Part shown: piece after piece, positions 10,268-19,965 of the stretch
Numbering within the stretch: the stretch's first letter is position 1
Layout: each line of letters begins with the position of its first letter
Source of the DNA: Epibacterium sp.
GTDB lineage: Bacteria; Pseudomonadota; Alphaproteobacteria; Rhodobacterales; Rhodobacteraceae
Reading direction: 5' to 3'
Length of the DNA stretch: 64,000 bases
NCBI GenBank assembly: GCA_048263945.1
Contig: JBLXDQ010000004.1
Location: 229,975-293,974, forward strand
The notes under the pieces: generated by a model
What the model saw: only the letters and a program-made list of their open reading frames with translations
Told to the model about the DNA's origin: nothing
Database searches by the model: none
Made by a program: the position numbers and the translations under genes

Positions 10268-10693
10268 TTAGGGAAACTGTCGTTTCATCAGCAAAGCGTC
10301 GACCGCGGCCTCCTTTTGGCGCGGATAATAGGCCTTTCGAATCCCGACAAGGCCGAATCCACAGGTCAAGTATAACGCCCGTGCTGCGGCATTGTCTTCT
10401 GCGACCTCGAGAAAAGCTGTCGTTGCGCCACGTTGTGCGGCGTTTCTCATCCATTCGTCCATGATGCGGCGGCCGTGGCCCTGGCGTTGGTGGTCGGGAT
10501 GGGTTGCGATGGTCAGCAGTTCCGCCTCTCCGGCGATCTCGCGCACGAGTGCAAAGGCGCGGGCATCGCCGGTCAGGTGCGTGAAGCGATCGTCGAGGAA
10601 GGCGGCGATTTCAGTGGCCGTCCAGGGGCGGGACTGGGTGAAGGCCGCCGCGTGAGTCGCGGCGAGGGCTTCGGGGGAGGTATCCTCAGTCAT
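10268..10693 (-). CDS. rimI: RimI-like GNAT N-acetyltransferase
   Basis: Start MTEDTSPEAL at 10693; EAELLTIATHP..QRQG, FLEVAEDN..ARALY and R.AYY motifs; overlaps tsaB, the conserved tsaB-rimI pairing. Confidence 0.85.
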   Translation of the reverse strand: MTEDTSPEALAATHAAAFTQSRPWTATEIAAFLDDRFTHLTGDARAFALVREIAGEAELLTIATHPDHQRQGHGRRIMDEWMRNAAQRGATTAFLEVAEDNAAARALYLTCGFGLVGIRKAYYPRQKEAAVDALLMKRQFP

Positions 10694-11327
10694 CCAGCAG
10701 GGCCGGGGGCAGGTCGCGTGCCGGGGCGGCATCCGCTTCGCGCAGGTAGAGCGGCGCGGGGGCGGGCAGGTCCGGTTGGTCGAGGCGGGTTGCGGCGATG
10801 CGGGCGATGGCTTCGGCCACTGAATAGCGCGGCTCTGCCGGGGTGCCGCAACAGCGCTGGGCGAGGTCAGCGGCCAGATGGCCGATGCAGGTCGCGCCCT
10901 GCGGCAGCGCGGGCAGGCTGTCGAGGGTGCAAAACTGCGGCGCGCTCGCGCCTTGTACATAAAGATGGTCCCGACGCGCATCGAGGCTGGCCACGGTCGG
11001 CCCCGCTTGCCCCGCCGCCAAGGCCTCCAGGGCGGAGACACCGATGGCGGGCACGTCCAACCCCAGCGCAAGGCCGCGCGCGGCAGAGACAGAGATGCGG
11101 ATGCCGGTGAAATTGCCGGGGCCAATGCCCACGGCGAGGGCATCTAGATCGGCCCAAGTCGCGTCGGCGGCGCTGAGGGTTTCCTCCAAGAGGGGCATCA
11201 GCCGTTCGGCTTGGCCCTTGGCCATTTCCTCTTGGCTTTGGACGAGGATCTGATCGCCGCGCAGCAAAGCGGCCGCGCAATGCGCGGCCGAGGTGTCAAA
11301 CGCCAGAATCAGCGAGGAAGACTGCAT
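10686..11327 (-). CDS. tsaB: tRNA threonylcarbamoyladenosine biosynthesis protein TsaB
   Basis: LAFDTS, GQAERLMP, GIGPGNFTGIRI, LDARR. Confidence 0.92.
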   Translation of the reverse strand: MQSSSLILAFDTSAAHCAAALLRGDQILVQSQEEMAKGQAERLMPLLEETLSAADATWADLDALAVGIGPGNFTGIRISVSAARGLALGLDVPAIGVSALEALAAGQAGPTVASLDARRDHLYVQGASAPQFCTLDSLPALPQGATCIGHLAADLAQRCCGTPAEPRYSVAEAIARIAATRLDQPDLPAPAPLYLREADAAPARDLPPALLDD

Positions 11328-11348
11328 AGTGTCAGCAGGTCCGAAGGG

Positions 11349-11912
11349 TCAGACCGCAACCGGGCGGACTTCGGTCACTTCCGGGATGTAGTGACGCAGC
11401 AGGTTCTCGATGCCCATCTTCAGGGTCAGCGTCGAGGAGGGGCAGCCCGCGCAGGCGCCCTGCATATGCAGGTAAACCACGCCGCGATCAAAGCCGTGGA
11501 AGGTGATGTCGCCGCCATCCTGAGCCACCGCCGGACGCACGCGGCTGTCGAGCAGTTCTTTGATCTGGTTGACGATTTCGCCATCCTCGCCGGAGTGCTC
11601 GGCATGGCCGGAGGCCTGCTGGCCGCCTTCGTCGATCACCGGTTGGCCGGATTGGTAATGCTCCATCACCGCTCCGAGGATGGCGGGTTTGATGTGGTCC
11701 CAATCGATGGCGTCGTCTTTGGTCACGGTGACAAAGTCATTGCCAAAGAACACGCCGGTGACGCCCGCGACCGCAAAGATGCGGGTGGCTAGGGGAGACT
11801 TCGCTGCCGCCTCGGCGGAGGGGAAATCGGCAGTGCCCAGTTCCAGAACCGTCTGGCCGGGCAGGAATTTCAAGGTCGCCGGGTTCGGCGTGGATTCGGT
11901 CTGGATAAACAT
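11349..11912 (-). CDS. nfuA: NifU/Nfu-family Fe-S cluster carrier
   Basis: MFIQTESTPNPATLKF N-domain; VRPAVAQDGGDI and GACAGCPSS (CxxC) Nfu domain. Confidence 0.93.
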   Translation of the reverse strand: MFIQTESTPNPATLKFLPGQTVLELGTADFPSAEAAAKSPLATRIFAVAGVTGVFFGNDFVTVTKDDAIDWDHIKPAILGAVMEHYQSGQPVIDEGGQQASGHAEHSGEDGEIVNQIKELLDSRVRPAVAQDGGDITFHGFDRGVVYLHMQGACAGCPSSTLTLKMGIENLLRHYIPEVTEVRPVAV

Positions 11913-11951
11913 CTCGGCTCTCCGTCAGGCTGGAGCGGTGGGTCGCGCTGG

Positions 11952-11980
11952 ATATGCGCCTTGAGCCCGGGGCCTGTCAA
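11952..11980 (-). promoter_or_regulatory. Putative sigma70 promoter of nfuA
   Basis: Minus strand TTGACA (11980-11975)-N17-GCATAT (11957-11952), about 40 bp upstream of the ATG. Confidence 0.6.
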
Positions 11981-12033
11981 GATTTGGACCTGTCAAGATT
12001 GAGGTCGGCAAGATTGGGGCGGGCAAGATTGGA
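11973..12033. repeat. Four tandem 15-16 bp units with core CAAGATT
   Basis: CAAGATT at 11978, 11994, 12009 and 12024 (spacing 16, 15, 15). Confidence 0.8.
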
Positions 12034-12044
12034 ACGGTTCTAAA
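12028..12044. promoter_or_regulatory. Candidate Irr iron control element (ICE) upstream of nfuA
   Basis: ATTGGAACGGTTCTAAA matches the rhizobial ICE consensus TTTRGAAYNRTTCYAAA at 16 of 17 positions. Confidence 0.6.
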
Positions 12045-12091
12045 TTAGGCGCTTTGCGGCGGATTGCAAGGTGTGTGGTGCGGAAGAGCGA

Positions 12092-12547
12092 TTATGTGAT
12101 CGCTTCGAGCTTTTCCTTGGACATATCGCCGGGAACGATGGTGATCGGAAAGGGGAGCGTGCCGGCGGTGCGGGTCAGCTGGGTGACGATGGGGCCGGGG
12201 CCCTTGCGATCGCTGGCGGCGCCAAGGACGAGCACGCCGACCTCCGGGTCCGCGTCGATCTGGGCAAGGATTTCCGGCACGATCTCGCCTTCACGGACGA
12301 CGAGTTCGGGGTCGACCCCCTGACGGTCGCGCATCCATTTGGCGAAGACCTCGAAATGGGCGTGAATGCGTTCGCGGGCCTCTTCGCGCATCACTTCGCC
12401 GACGCCGATCCAGTGGTTGAATTCATCTGGCGGGATGACGGAGAGGATGACCACGCCGCCCCCTGTGTTGGCGGCGCGCATGGCGGCAAAGCGCATGGCG
12501 TTGAGGCATTCGCGGCTGTCGTCGAGCACCACTAGAAACTTACGCAT
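12092..12547 (-). CDS. Universal stress protein
   Basis: MRKFLVVLDDSRECLNAMRFAA, VVREG, LVLGA and PITIVPG; alphaproteobacterial USP type. Confidence 0.88.
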   Translation of the reverse strand: MRKFLVVLDDSRECLNAMRFAAMRAANTGGGVVILSVIPPDEFNHWIGVGEVMREEARERIHAHFEVFAKWMRDRQGVDPELVVREGEIVPEILAQIDADPEVGVLVLGAASDRKGPGPIVTQLTRTAGTLPFPITIVPGDMSKEKLEAIT

Positions 12548-12635
12548 GGGATCCCCTGTCCTCCGTGTTTGCGCATATTGGCCGATGCAACCAAGGCGCG
12601 CAATAGAGCGATGTGGTGGCTATGGTCTCGCGCAA

Positions 12636-12885
12636 GGCAGAGGCAGGGGGCTCCCGCCCGTCGGGGATGCATCTTAGATGCACCGCCCTCCCGTTGGGCC
12701 CGGCAGCGCAGCCTACCGGCTGCGCTGCCTGTTGCGCGGACCTGCGGGCGGAGGCTTGCAATCTGAAAGGGCGGTTGGCGGCAAGGTGCGACCCGCGCGC
12801 CCGACAGGGCGCGCGCTGGGCCCAACGCGGCCAAGGGTCAACAGGCGCAGCCTGTGATCCTGCCGGGGCGGGAGCTCCCCGCCCG
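12636..12885. repeat. MITE/REP-like modular hairpin element (copy A)
   Basis: Terminal inverted motif GGGGCTCCCGCCC ... GGGCGGGAGCTCCCC with several perfect internal hairpins; shares modules with 45389-45579. Confidence 0.7.
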
Positions 12886-12933
12886 CCGCAGGCGCAGAGC
12901 TGGATGGGAGACGCGCAGCCGTCAGGGCAGCTC

Positions 12934-13797
12934 TCAGGCCGCCGACTTGGCCCAGTCCCAATACATTTCGCGTACCCGCTTGGTCACCGGGCCGTGCTGG
13001 TAGCTCACCTCGTCAAAGGCGGTCACCGGCGTCACCTTGGACATATTGCCGGAGAGGAAAATCTCATCCGCCGCCTCAAAATGCGCGTAAGACAGCACCG
13101 CCTCATGCACCACGATCCCCTCGGCTCGCATATTCTCGATATGGCGCGCGCGGGTGATGCCGGACAGGAAGGTGCCATTGGCGATCGGGGTGAAGACCTC
13201 GCCATCCTTGACCATAAACACGTTCGACGTCGCGGTTTCCGCCACATTGCCCATCGCGTCGCAGGTCAGCGTATTGGTGAAGCCCTTGGCCCGCGCCTCG
13301 CGCAGCATCCGGGCGTTGTTGGGATAAAGACAGCCGGCCTTGGCGTTCACCACCGAGGATTCGAGCAGCGGACGGCAAAAGCGCGTGCGGGTCAGCGTCG
13401 CCGAAGCCGCCTCGGGCGCCATGGCGATTTCCTCAAGGCAGAGGGCAAATTGCGTCGCCTCGGGCGAGGGGGCGATCATCGTCTGATCGCCATCGGTGGC
13501 CCAGTACATCGGGCGGATATAAACCGCGGCATCGGGCGCGAAACCTTTCAGCCCCTCGAGCGCGATCTCCACCATCTGATCGGCGGGCACGGTGGCGGCC
13601 ATCAGAAGCGCCTCGGCCGAGGCATTGGCCCGGGCGCAGTGTTTGTCGAGATCGGGGCTCACCCCATCGAAATAGCGCGCACCGTCAAAGACCGAGGAGC
13701 CGAGCCAGGCGGCATGGTCCGCCGCCTTCATGATCGGCACATTGCCGTCGTGCCATTCGCCATTGAAATAGGTGCGGATATTGGTGCTGGCGGCCAT
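12934..13797 (-). CDS. ilvE: Class IV PLP aminotransferase (branched-chain amino acid aminotransferase-like)
   Basis: SSVFDGAR, VYIRP, KAGCLYPNN (PLP lysine), ETATSNVF, LSGITR. Confidence 0.8.
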   Translation of the reverse strand: MAASTNIRTYFNGEWHDGNVPIMKAADHAAWLGSSVFDGARYFDGVSPDLDKHCARANASAEALLMAATVPADQMVEIALEGLKGFAPDAAVYIRPMYWATDGDQTMIAPSPEATQFALCLEEIAMAPEAASATLTRTRFCRPLLESSVVNAKAGCLYPNNARMLREARAKGFTNTLTCDAMGNVAETATSNVFMVKDGEVFTPIANGTFLSGITRARHIENMRAEGIVVHEAVLSYAHFEAADEIFLSGNMSKVTPVTAFDEVSYQHGPVTKRVREMYWDWAKSAA

Positions 13798-13908
13798 CGG
13801 GAACCTCAAGGTCTGGTCAGATTGGATACGATCCGGACGTTAGGGGGCGGCTGGCGCAAGGTCCAGCCCCAAGCCCCCTTGGGGTACACCGTCCGGCAAT
13901 GTATCGAC

Positions 13909-14979
13909 TTATTCGTCGTAGCTCACGACCAGCCGATCGGTCAGCGGATAGGACTGGCAGGAGAGGATAAAGCCCTTGGCGACCTCGTCATCCTCCAGCG
14001 CGTGGTTGGCGGCCATTTCCACCTCGCCCTCGATCACCCGGCAACGGCAGGTCGAACAGACCCCGGCGCGGCAGGACCAGGGCGCGTCCATCGCATTCTC
14101 AAGCGCCGCTTCCAGCACGGTGGTATTGCGGTCGAGCGTGACGGTGCGGGTTGCCCCATCCAGCGTGATCGAAGCGGTGACCGGCGCGCTGGCACTTGCC
14201 GCGCTGCTGGCGGCTTTTTGCGCCGCGCGGCCCGGCTGATTGGAGGCGAAAAGCTCGAATTTGATCTGCTCCTCCGCGAGGCCCGCCGTGCGCAGGGCGG
14301 CGGCGATGCCGAGCATCATCGGCTCTGGCCCGCAGATAAACGCGGTGTCGATACTCGCGATGGGGATCCAACGCTCAAACAGCTGGGCGCATTTCTCCTC
14401 GGTCACGAGGCCGGTGAACAGGTCCACCTCCTGCGCGTCCGCTTCCAGCACGTGGATCACCGAGAGGCGGCCCATGTAGCGGTTCTTCAAGTCCTCGATC
14501 TCCTCGCGGAACATGATCGTGTTGACGCCCTTGTTGGCGTAAACCAGCGTGAAGCGGGACTGCGGCTCGGCCTGAAGCGTGGTTTTCAGGATCGACAGGA
14601 CGGGGGTGATGCCCGATCCACCGGCAAAGCCGAGGTAGTGTTTCTCCGCCGCCGCATCGAGGGGGGTGAAAAAGCGCCCCTGTGGCGGCATGGCCTCGAC
14701 CGTGTCGCCCACCTTGAGGTCGGTATTGGCCCAGGTGGAGAAAGCACCGCCCTCGACCCGTTTGATGCCCACTTGCAGAAGGCCCTCGTCCTTGCCCGCG
14801 CAGATCGAATAGCTGCGGCGCAGCTCGGTGCCGTCAAAGTCGCGGCGGAAGGTCAGGTATTGGCCTTGGGTAAAGTCGAACTCGGCTGCCGCGCCATTCA
14901 GGGGCTTTAGCGTGACGACCACCGCATCGCGGATGGTGTGCTTGATGTCAGTGACTTCGAGCGGGTGAAAGCGGGCCAT
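13909..14979 (-). CDS. paaE: Phenylacetyl-CoA epoxidase reductase subunit (FAD/NAD(P)H/2Fe-2S)
   Basis: RSYSIC, AGGSGITP, ICGP and C-terminal WSCRAGVCSTC...LSCQ ferredoxin; last gene of paaABCDE. Confidence 0.93.
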   Translation of the reverse strand: MARFHPLEVTDIKHTIRDAVVVTLKPLNGAAAEFDFTQGQYLTFRRDFDGTELRRSYSICAGKDEGLLQVGIKRVEGGAFSTWANTDLKVGDTVEAMPPQGRFFTPLDAAAEKHYLGFAGGSGITPVLSILKTTLQAEPQSRFTLVYANKGVNTIMFREEIEDLKNRYMGRLSVIHVLEADAQEVDLFTGLVTEEKCAQLFERWIPIASIDTAFICGPEPMMLGIAAALRTAGLAEEQIKFELFASNQPGRAAQKAASSAASASAPVTASITLDGATRTVTLDRNTTVLEAALENAMDAPWSCRAGVCSTCRCRVIEGEVEMAANHALEDDEVAKGFILSCQSYPLTDRLVVSYDE

Positions 14980-14992
14980 GTGCCGTGCCTCC

Positions 14993-15469
14993 TCAGATAC
15001 ACTTGAAATAGTCGAAGGGCTCGAGGCAGCTGTTGCAGCGCCAATGGGCCTTGCAGGGGGTGGAGCCGAATTGGCTCACCCGGGTGAGGTCGGGGCTGCC
15101 GCAGCGCGGGCAATGGTCGGGGCCGCCGGCGGGGGAGGGCGGCGCGATGCCGTATTCCTCGAGCCGGGCGCGGCCCTTTTCCGACAGCCAGTCGGTTGTC
15201 CAAGGCGGCGCGATCTGGGTCTTGATCTGGAGCCGGTCGATGCCGCGGGCGGCCAGCGCGGTTTCCACGTCGAGGCGAATGACTGAAGTGGCGGGGCAGC
15301 CGGAATAGGTCGGGGTCAGGGTGACGATGAGGCCCCCGTCGCTCCATTCTACGTTGCGCACGATGCCAAGGTCGACGAGGGAGATTACCGGGATCTCCGG
15401 ATCGGGCACCGCGTCGAGCCATTCCCAGATCTGCGCGAGGGAGGGCTGGTTGGATTGGGTGTCGACCAT
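14993..15469 (-). CDS. paaD: Phenylacetyl-CoA epoxidase subunit PaaD
   Basis: VPDPEIPVISLVDLGIVR, TPTYSGCPAT, CPRCGS, FGSTPCKAHWRCNSCLEPFDYFKCI. Confidence 0.93.
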   Translation of the reverse strand: MVDTQSNQPSLAQIWEWLDAVPDPEIPVISLVDLGIVRNVEWSDGGLIVTLTPTYSGCPATSVIRLDVETALAARGIDRLQIKTQIAPPWTTDWLSEKGRARLEEYGIAPPSPAGGPDHCPRCGSPDLTRVSQFGSTPCKAHWRCNSCLEPFDYFKCI

Positions 15470-15479
15470 TTAGGCACCT

Positions 15480-15575
15480 CGCCCGGACGAAGGCCGGGCA
15501 GCCCCCGTCCGCCCCGTTTTGCCGAAGGCAAACCTGCGGTTTGACGGGCGGGGGCTACACCCCCACCCGCGGACG
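15480..15575. repeat. REP-like hairpin element inside the paa operon (paaC-paaD gap)
   Basis: GCCCGG-N-CCGGGCAGC head, TTTGCCGAAGGCAAA hairpin and GACGGGCGGGGG motif. Confidence 0.6.
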
Positions 15576-15594
15576 GGATCTGCCCTCAGCGGTT

Positions 15595-16356
15595 TCACCA
15601 CGTCGCTCCCGGATAGGCGCGCTGCATCCATTGCATGGTGGTCAGCAGATGGCCGAGGTGCTCGGTGTGCATCTTGCCATTGCGACCGCCACCCCGGGCG
15701 CGGTTGGCCTCGGGCAGGGTCAGCGTCGCCTCGCCCAGCACGCGGGCGAGGGTGGCGTCAAACTCTGCCCGCAGGGAGGCCGGATCGGGGGCGATGCCGG
15801 CCTCGACCAGGGCGGCATCCACCGCGTCGCTCAGGAACATCTCGCCCACGTAGGGATAGAGGTAATCGAGCGCCGCCTGCATCCGGGCGTGGCTTTCCTC
15901 GGTGCCGTCGCCAAGGCCAATCACCGTCTCGGCGGAGCGGTCGAGGTGATAGGTCGCTTCCTTCACCGCCTTGGCGGCAATCGCGGCAACCCGCGTGTCG
16001 GAGGAGGCGGTCAGCGCCTTGAGTTGCAGCACATGCCAAGCGTCGAACAGGAATTGCCGCATCAGGGTCTGGCCAAAATCGCCATTCGGCATCTCGACCA
16101 GCAGCAGGTTGCGAAAGTCCCAGGCATCGCGCAGGAAGGCGAGGTCGTCGGCGGTTTTGCCCGCACCCTGCACCTCAGCCGCGAGGCCAAGCCACATCTG
16201 GGTCTGGCCGATCAGATCAAGCGCGGTATTGGCGAGGGCGATGTCCTCCTCCAGCACCGGCGCATGGCCGCACCATTCGCTGACGCGATGGCCGAGGATC
16301 AGTGTATTGTCCCCCATCCGAAGCAGGAATTCGTAAAAAGCAGCCTCCCGCGCCAT
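15595..16356 (-). CDS. paaC: Phenylacetyl-CoA epoxidase structural subunit PaaC
   Basis: GDNTLILGHRVSEWCGHAPVLEEDIALANTALDLIGQ, PNGDFGQT, KEATYH. Confidence 0.93.
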   Translation of the reverse strand: MAREAAFYEFLLRMGDNTLILGHRVSEWCGHAPVLEEDIALANTALDLIGQTQMWLGLAAEVQGAGKTADDLAFLRDAWDFRNLLLVEMPNGDFGQTLMRQFLFDAWHVLQLKALTASSDTRVAAIAAKAVKEATYHLDRSAETVIGLGDGTEESHARMQAALDYLYPYVGEMFLSDAVDAALVEAGIAPDPASLRAEFDATLARVLGEATLTLPEANRARGGGRNGKMHTEHLGHLLTTMQWMQRAYPGATW

Positions 16357-16640
16357 CACATCGCCCCCACGTCATCGGGGATGTCGTAGAAGGACGGGTG
16401 GCGGTAGACCTTGCTCTCCGACGGCTCATACATCGGCCCCTTGTCGGAGGGCGAGGAGGCGGTAATGGCCGCAGCCTCGACCACCCAGATTGACACGCCT
16501 TCGTTGCGGCGGGTGTAGACGTCGCGGGCGTTCTTGATCGCCATTTCCGCGTCCGGCGCATGCAGGCTGCCGACGTGACGGTGGCTGAGACCATGCTGGC
16601 CGCGGATGAAGATTTCCCAGAGGGGCCATTCGGTTTTCAT
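16356..16640 (-). CDS. paaB: Phenylacetyl-CoA epoxidase subunit PaaB
   Basis: Start MKTEWPLWEIF at 16640; HVGSLHAPDAEMAIKNARDVYTRRNEGVSIWVV. Confidence 0.93.
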   Translation of the reverse strand: MKTEWPLWEIFIRGQHGLSHRHVGSLHAPDAEMAIKNARDVYTRRNEGVSIWVVEAAAITASSPSDKGPMYEPSESKVYRHPSFYDIPDDVGAM

Positions 16641-16666
16641 ATGTGGTCCTTTCGGTGCTGGGGTCA

Positions 16667-16750
16667 TGCCCGGCCTTAGCCGGGCAGCGCCCGACCCTCC
16701 CCCACAGGGAGGGCGCTTCTCGCCCACCCTGAGTGTCGGGCGCCGGGGGC
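16667..16750. repeat. REP-like hairpin element inside the paa operon (paaA-paaB gap)
   Basis: GCCCGGC-CTTA-GCCGGGCAGCGCCCGAC ... GTCGGGCGC nested inverted repeats. Confidence 0.65.
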
Positions 16751-16778
16751 CGCCAGACGTGGTGTTTCCCTAATGCGG

Positions 16779-17771
16779 TTACTCTGCCGCCATCTTGCGG
16801 GCGCGTTTCTTCTCTGCATGGGCCATCAGCCCCTCGCGCACCCAGGCGCCGTCGTCCCAGGCCTTGTTGCGGGCGGCGAGGCGGTCGGTGTTGCAGGGTC
16901 CGTTGCCTTTGATCACCTCAAAGAACTCTTCCCAATCGGGTTCGGAGAAGTCGTAGCCGCCTTTCTCCTCGTTCCATTTGAGGTTCTCGTCCGGCACGCT
17001 AAGGCCGAGGAACTCCGCCTGCGGCACGGTCTGGTCGACGAATTTCTGGCGCAGCTCGTCATTGGTGTTCATCTTGATCTTCCACGCCATCGACTGCGCG
17101 GAATGCACCGAGTCCTTGTCCGAGGGGCCGAACATCATCAGCGCCGGATACCAGAAGCGATTGAGCGCATCCTGAGCCATCGCCTTTTGCTGGGCGTTGC
17201 CCTTGGCCATTTTCATCATGATGTCAAAGCCTTGGCGCTGGTGGAAACTCTCTTCCTTGCAGACGCGGATCATGGCGCGGGAGTAGGGGCCAAAGGAGGT
17301 GCGCTGCAGCGGCACCTGATTCATGATCGCCGCGCCATCGACCAGCCAGCCGACCGCGCCCATATCGGCCCAAGTGAGCGTCGGGTAGTTGAAGATGGAG
17401 GAATACTTCATCCGCCCGTCGAGCAGCATCTCGGTCATCTCGTCGCGGCTGACGCCCAGCGTCTCGGCCGCGCAATACAGGTAGAGCCCGTGGCCGGCCT
17501 CGTCCTGCACCTTGGCCAAAAGGATCGCCTTGCGCTCCAGCGTCGGCGCGCGGGTGATCCAATTGCCCTCGGGCAGCTGGCCGACGATCTCGGAATGGGC
17601 GTGCTGGCCGATCTGGCGGATCAGGGTCTTGCGATAGCCCTCGGGCATCCAGTCCTTGGGCTCGATCTTTTCGCCCGCGTCGATGCGGGCCTGAAAGGCG
17701 GCCTCCTCGGGGCTCATCTCCTCGCGGGATTTGACCCTGGTCCCGGTCGATTTGACCATCTGCGCGTACAT
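16779..17771 (-). CDS. paaA: Phenylacetyl-CoA epoxidase catalytic di-iron subunit PaaA
   Basis: Start MYAQMVK at 17771; [39 protein letters not shown]. Confidence 0.95.
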   Translation of the reverse strand: MYAQMVKSTGTRVKSREEMSPEEAAFQARIDAGEKIEPKDWMPEGYRKTLIRQIGQHAHSEIVGQLPEGNWITRAPTLERKAILLAKVQDEAGHGLYLYCAAETLGVSRDEMTEMLLDGRMKYSSIFNYPTLTWADMGAVGWLVDGAAIMNQVPLQRTSFGPYSRAMIRVCKEESFHQRQGFDIMMKMAKGNAQQKAMAQDALNRFWYPALMMFGPSDKDSVHSAQSMAWKIKMNTNDELRQKFVDQTVPQAEFLGLSVPDENLKWNEEKGGYDFSEPDWEEFFEVIKGNGPCNTDRLAARNKAWDDGAWVREGLMAHAEKKRARKMAAE

Positions 17772-17862
17772 TGCTGGCTCCTCCGGTCTGGCGTGGCGCG
17801 CGTCCAAAACGCGGCCTGCGCCCTTGCAGTCTAGGCGCAGCAGCGATTCGGCTCAATCCAAA

Positions 17863-17900
17863 TGTAACACAAAAATTCACGTATGGAATATTGTGTAACG
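17863..17900. promoter_or_regulatory. AT-rich imperfect palindrome in the paaA/atuA divergent region (candidate operator)
   Basis: TGTAACACAA-aa-ATTC-acgtatg-GAAT-a-TTGTGTAACG; outer arms match at 8 of 10 positions as inverted repeats. Confidence 0.45.
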
Positions 17901-18092
17901 TATCGTGGCCATCCGGTCGCGCAACAAATGGTATCGCAAGCCCACCGTAAGAATAGGAAAATTGCGACGAATGCGAGACAGAACGAAAAAACTGCGGCAT
18001 GATGGAGGGGCTAGGGTCGGAGTCGCTGCTGACTGAGACCCCAGCCAACCAGGGTCACGAGCAAAGCAGAAAGGACCAACAGGCTGCCGAAC

Positions 18093-19901
18093 GTGAAAGA
18101 CGTCCTGCGTATAGGAGGTGCCTGCGGCTATTGGGGCGACGCGGCACAATCTACCCCGCAACTGCTTGCTGCGGGAGATGTGGACGTTCTGGTCTACAAC
18201 TACCTTGCCGAGATCACGATGGCGATTATGGCCCGGGCCAAGGCCCGCGATCCCAAGGCGGGATTTGCCAATGATTTCCTGACAGATGTCCTTGTTCCCA
18301 ATCTGCGCAAAATCGCCGACCAGCGGGTGAAGATCATCACCAATGCAGGGGGCGTCAATCCGCGTGCCTGTGCGGCGGCGGCAGAGGCCGCGATCGCGCG
18401 GGCCGGGCTGAAGCTGAAGGTGGCCGTGGTCACCGGGGACGATCTGATCCAGAAGGCGCCCGATATGGCCAAGGCCGCGCCCAAGGATATGGCCACCAAC
18501 GCGCCGTTCCCGCCTGCCGAACATATTGCCAGCATCAATGCCTATATCGGCGCCTTCCCGATTGCCGCAGCCTTGGACGAGGGGGCGGATATTGTCATCA
18601 CCGGACGCTGTGTCGACAGCGCGATGGCACTGGGCGCGGCGATCCACCGGTTCGCGTGGCAGGATACCGACGTCAAATGGCTGGCGGGAGGATCTCTTGC
18701 CGGGCATGTGCTGTCCTGCGGGGTGCAGGCGACGGGCGGCAATTTCACGGATTGGGAGGCGGTCGAGGGCGATCTGGACAGCCTCGGCTATCCGATTGCG
18801 GAAATCGCGGGGGACGGCAGCTTTGTGGTGACAAAGCCCGAAGGCACCAGCGGTCTGGTCAGCCGGGGCACCGTGGGCGAACAGATCCTGGCCGAGATTG
18901 CCAATCCGCAGGCCCATGTGTTGCCGGATGTGGTTTGTGACTTCAGCCAGGTCACTCTGGAAGAGGTCGGGGTGAACCGGGTGCGGGTGACGGGCGCTGT
19001 CGGCTCCGTGCCGCCGGATCACTACAAGACCGGGGTGGCGTGGATCGACGGGTTCCGCATCGGTCAGTATTTCTCCTTTTATGGCACCGATGCCGAACGC
19101 AAGGCCGAGCGCTTTGCCGATGCGGTGCTGACGAAATCCGAAGCTCAGCTTGAGGCGCGCAATATGCAGCCTTTCCGCGGCACCAACGTGGAAATCCTCG
19201 GGTCTGAGGCGCAGTTTGGCGTGTTGCGGGAAAGCGAAGCCGCCCGCGAGGTGGTAGCCAAGATTGCCGTGCGCCATCAGGAGGCGGCGGGCACGATGGT
19301 GTTCCTCAAGGTGGCCAATGGGCTGAGCTATGCGGCCCCGCCGGGGCTGAGTGGGTACGCCGCGCCGCGCCCGCAGCCCAGCCCGGTTCTGTCGGTGTTC
19401 ACCTGCCTGACGCCGAAGTCCGAGGTGCCGCTGACCCTGCGGATGGGGGCAGACGTCGAACGCAAGATGGTCGCCAAAAAGACCGCTCTGCCTGCCGAGG
19501 TCAAACCGCCCAAACCGCATGAGCCGCCCCGAGATCCGATGGCGCGCGGGCCGGTGGTCTCGGTCCCGCTGGTGCGGCTGGCGTTTGCGCGCAGTGGCGA
19601 CAAGGGCGATCTGGTCAATATCGGCGTGATGGCGCGGCGGCCGGAACAATTGCCGTGGATCTGGGCGGGTCTGAACGAGACCCATCTGGAGCGCGTCTTT
19701 GGCCACTTTATGGAACAGGGTGTGATCCGGCGCTATTTGCTGCCGGGCTTTCACGCGATGAATATTACGCTCTCGGGTGCGTTGAAGGGAGGCGGATCGG
19801 CCTCTCTGCGCAATGACCCGCAGGGCAAGGGGTTCGCGCAGCTTCTGCTTGCTGCGCCGATCATGGTGGATTGGTCTCTGCTGGGGAGTGGCGGCCAATG
19901 A
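18093..19901 (+). CDS. atuA: Acyclic terpene utilisation AtuA-family protein (DUF1446)
   Basis: RIGGACGYWGD, YLAEITM, NAGGVNP, ADIVITGRCVD, AGHVLSCG.QATGGNF, ARSGDKGD, DPQGKGFAQ. Confidence 0.88.
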   Translation: MKDVLRIGGACGYWGDAAQSTPQLLAAGDVDVLVYNYLAEITMAIMARAKARDPKAGFANDFLTDVLVPNLRKIADQRVKIITNAGGVNPRACAAAAEAAIARAGLKLKVAVVTGDDLIQKAPDMAKAAPKDMATNAPFPPAEHIASINAYIGAFPIAAALDEGADIVITGRCVDSAMALGAAIHRFAWQDTDVKWLAGGSLAGHVLSCGVQATGGNFTDWEAVEGDLDSLGYPIAEIAGDGSFVVTKPEGTSGLVSRGTVGEQILAEIANPQAHVLPDVVCDFSQVTLEEVGVNRVRVTGAVGSVPPDHYKTGVAWIDGFRIGQYFSFYGTDAERKAERFADAVLTKSEAQLEARNMQPFRGTNVEILGSEAQFGVLRESEAAREVVAKIAVRHQEAAGTMVFLKVANGLSYAAPPGLSGYAAPRPQPSPVLSVFTCLTPKSEVPLTLRMGADVERKMVAKKTALPAEVKPPKPHEPPRDPMARGPVVSVPLVRLAFARSGDKGDLVNIGVMARRPEQLPWIWAGLNETHLERVFGHFMEQGVIRRYLLPGFHAMNITLSGALKGGGSASLRNDPQGKGFAQLLLAAPIMVDWSLLGSGGQ

Positions 19902-19965
19902 GGGTAATGCAGCTGTTAACGGCAGCTCGGTGGGGGCCGAGACATCACTCTGAGAGGAGGCTGTT

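Noticed and set aside
11973-12033. Tandem repeats as a possible mini-CRISPR
   Set aside because: The 15-16 bp period is far too short for repeat-spacer units and there are no cas genes.
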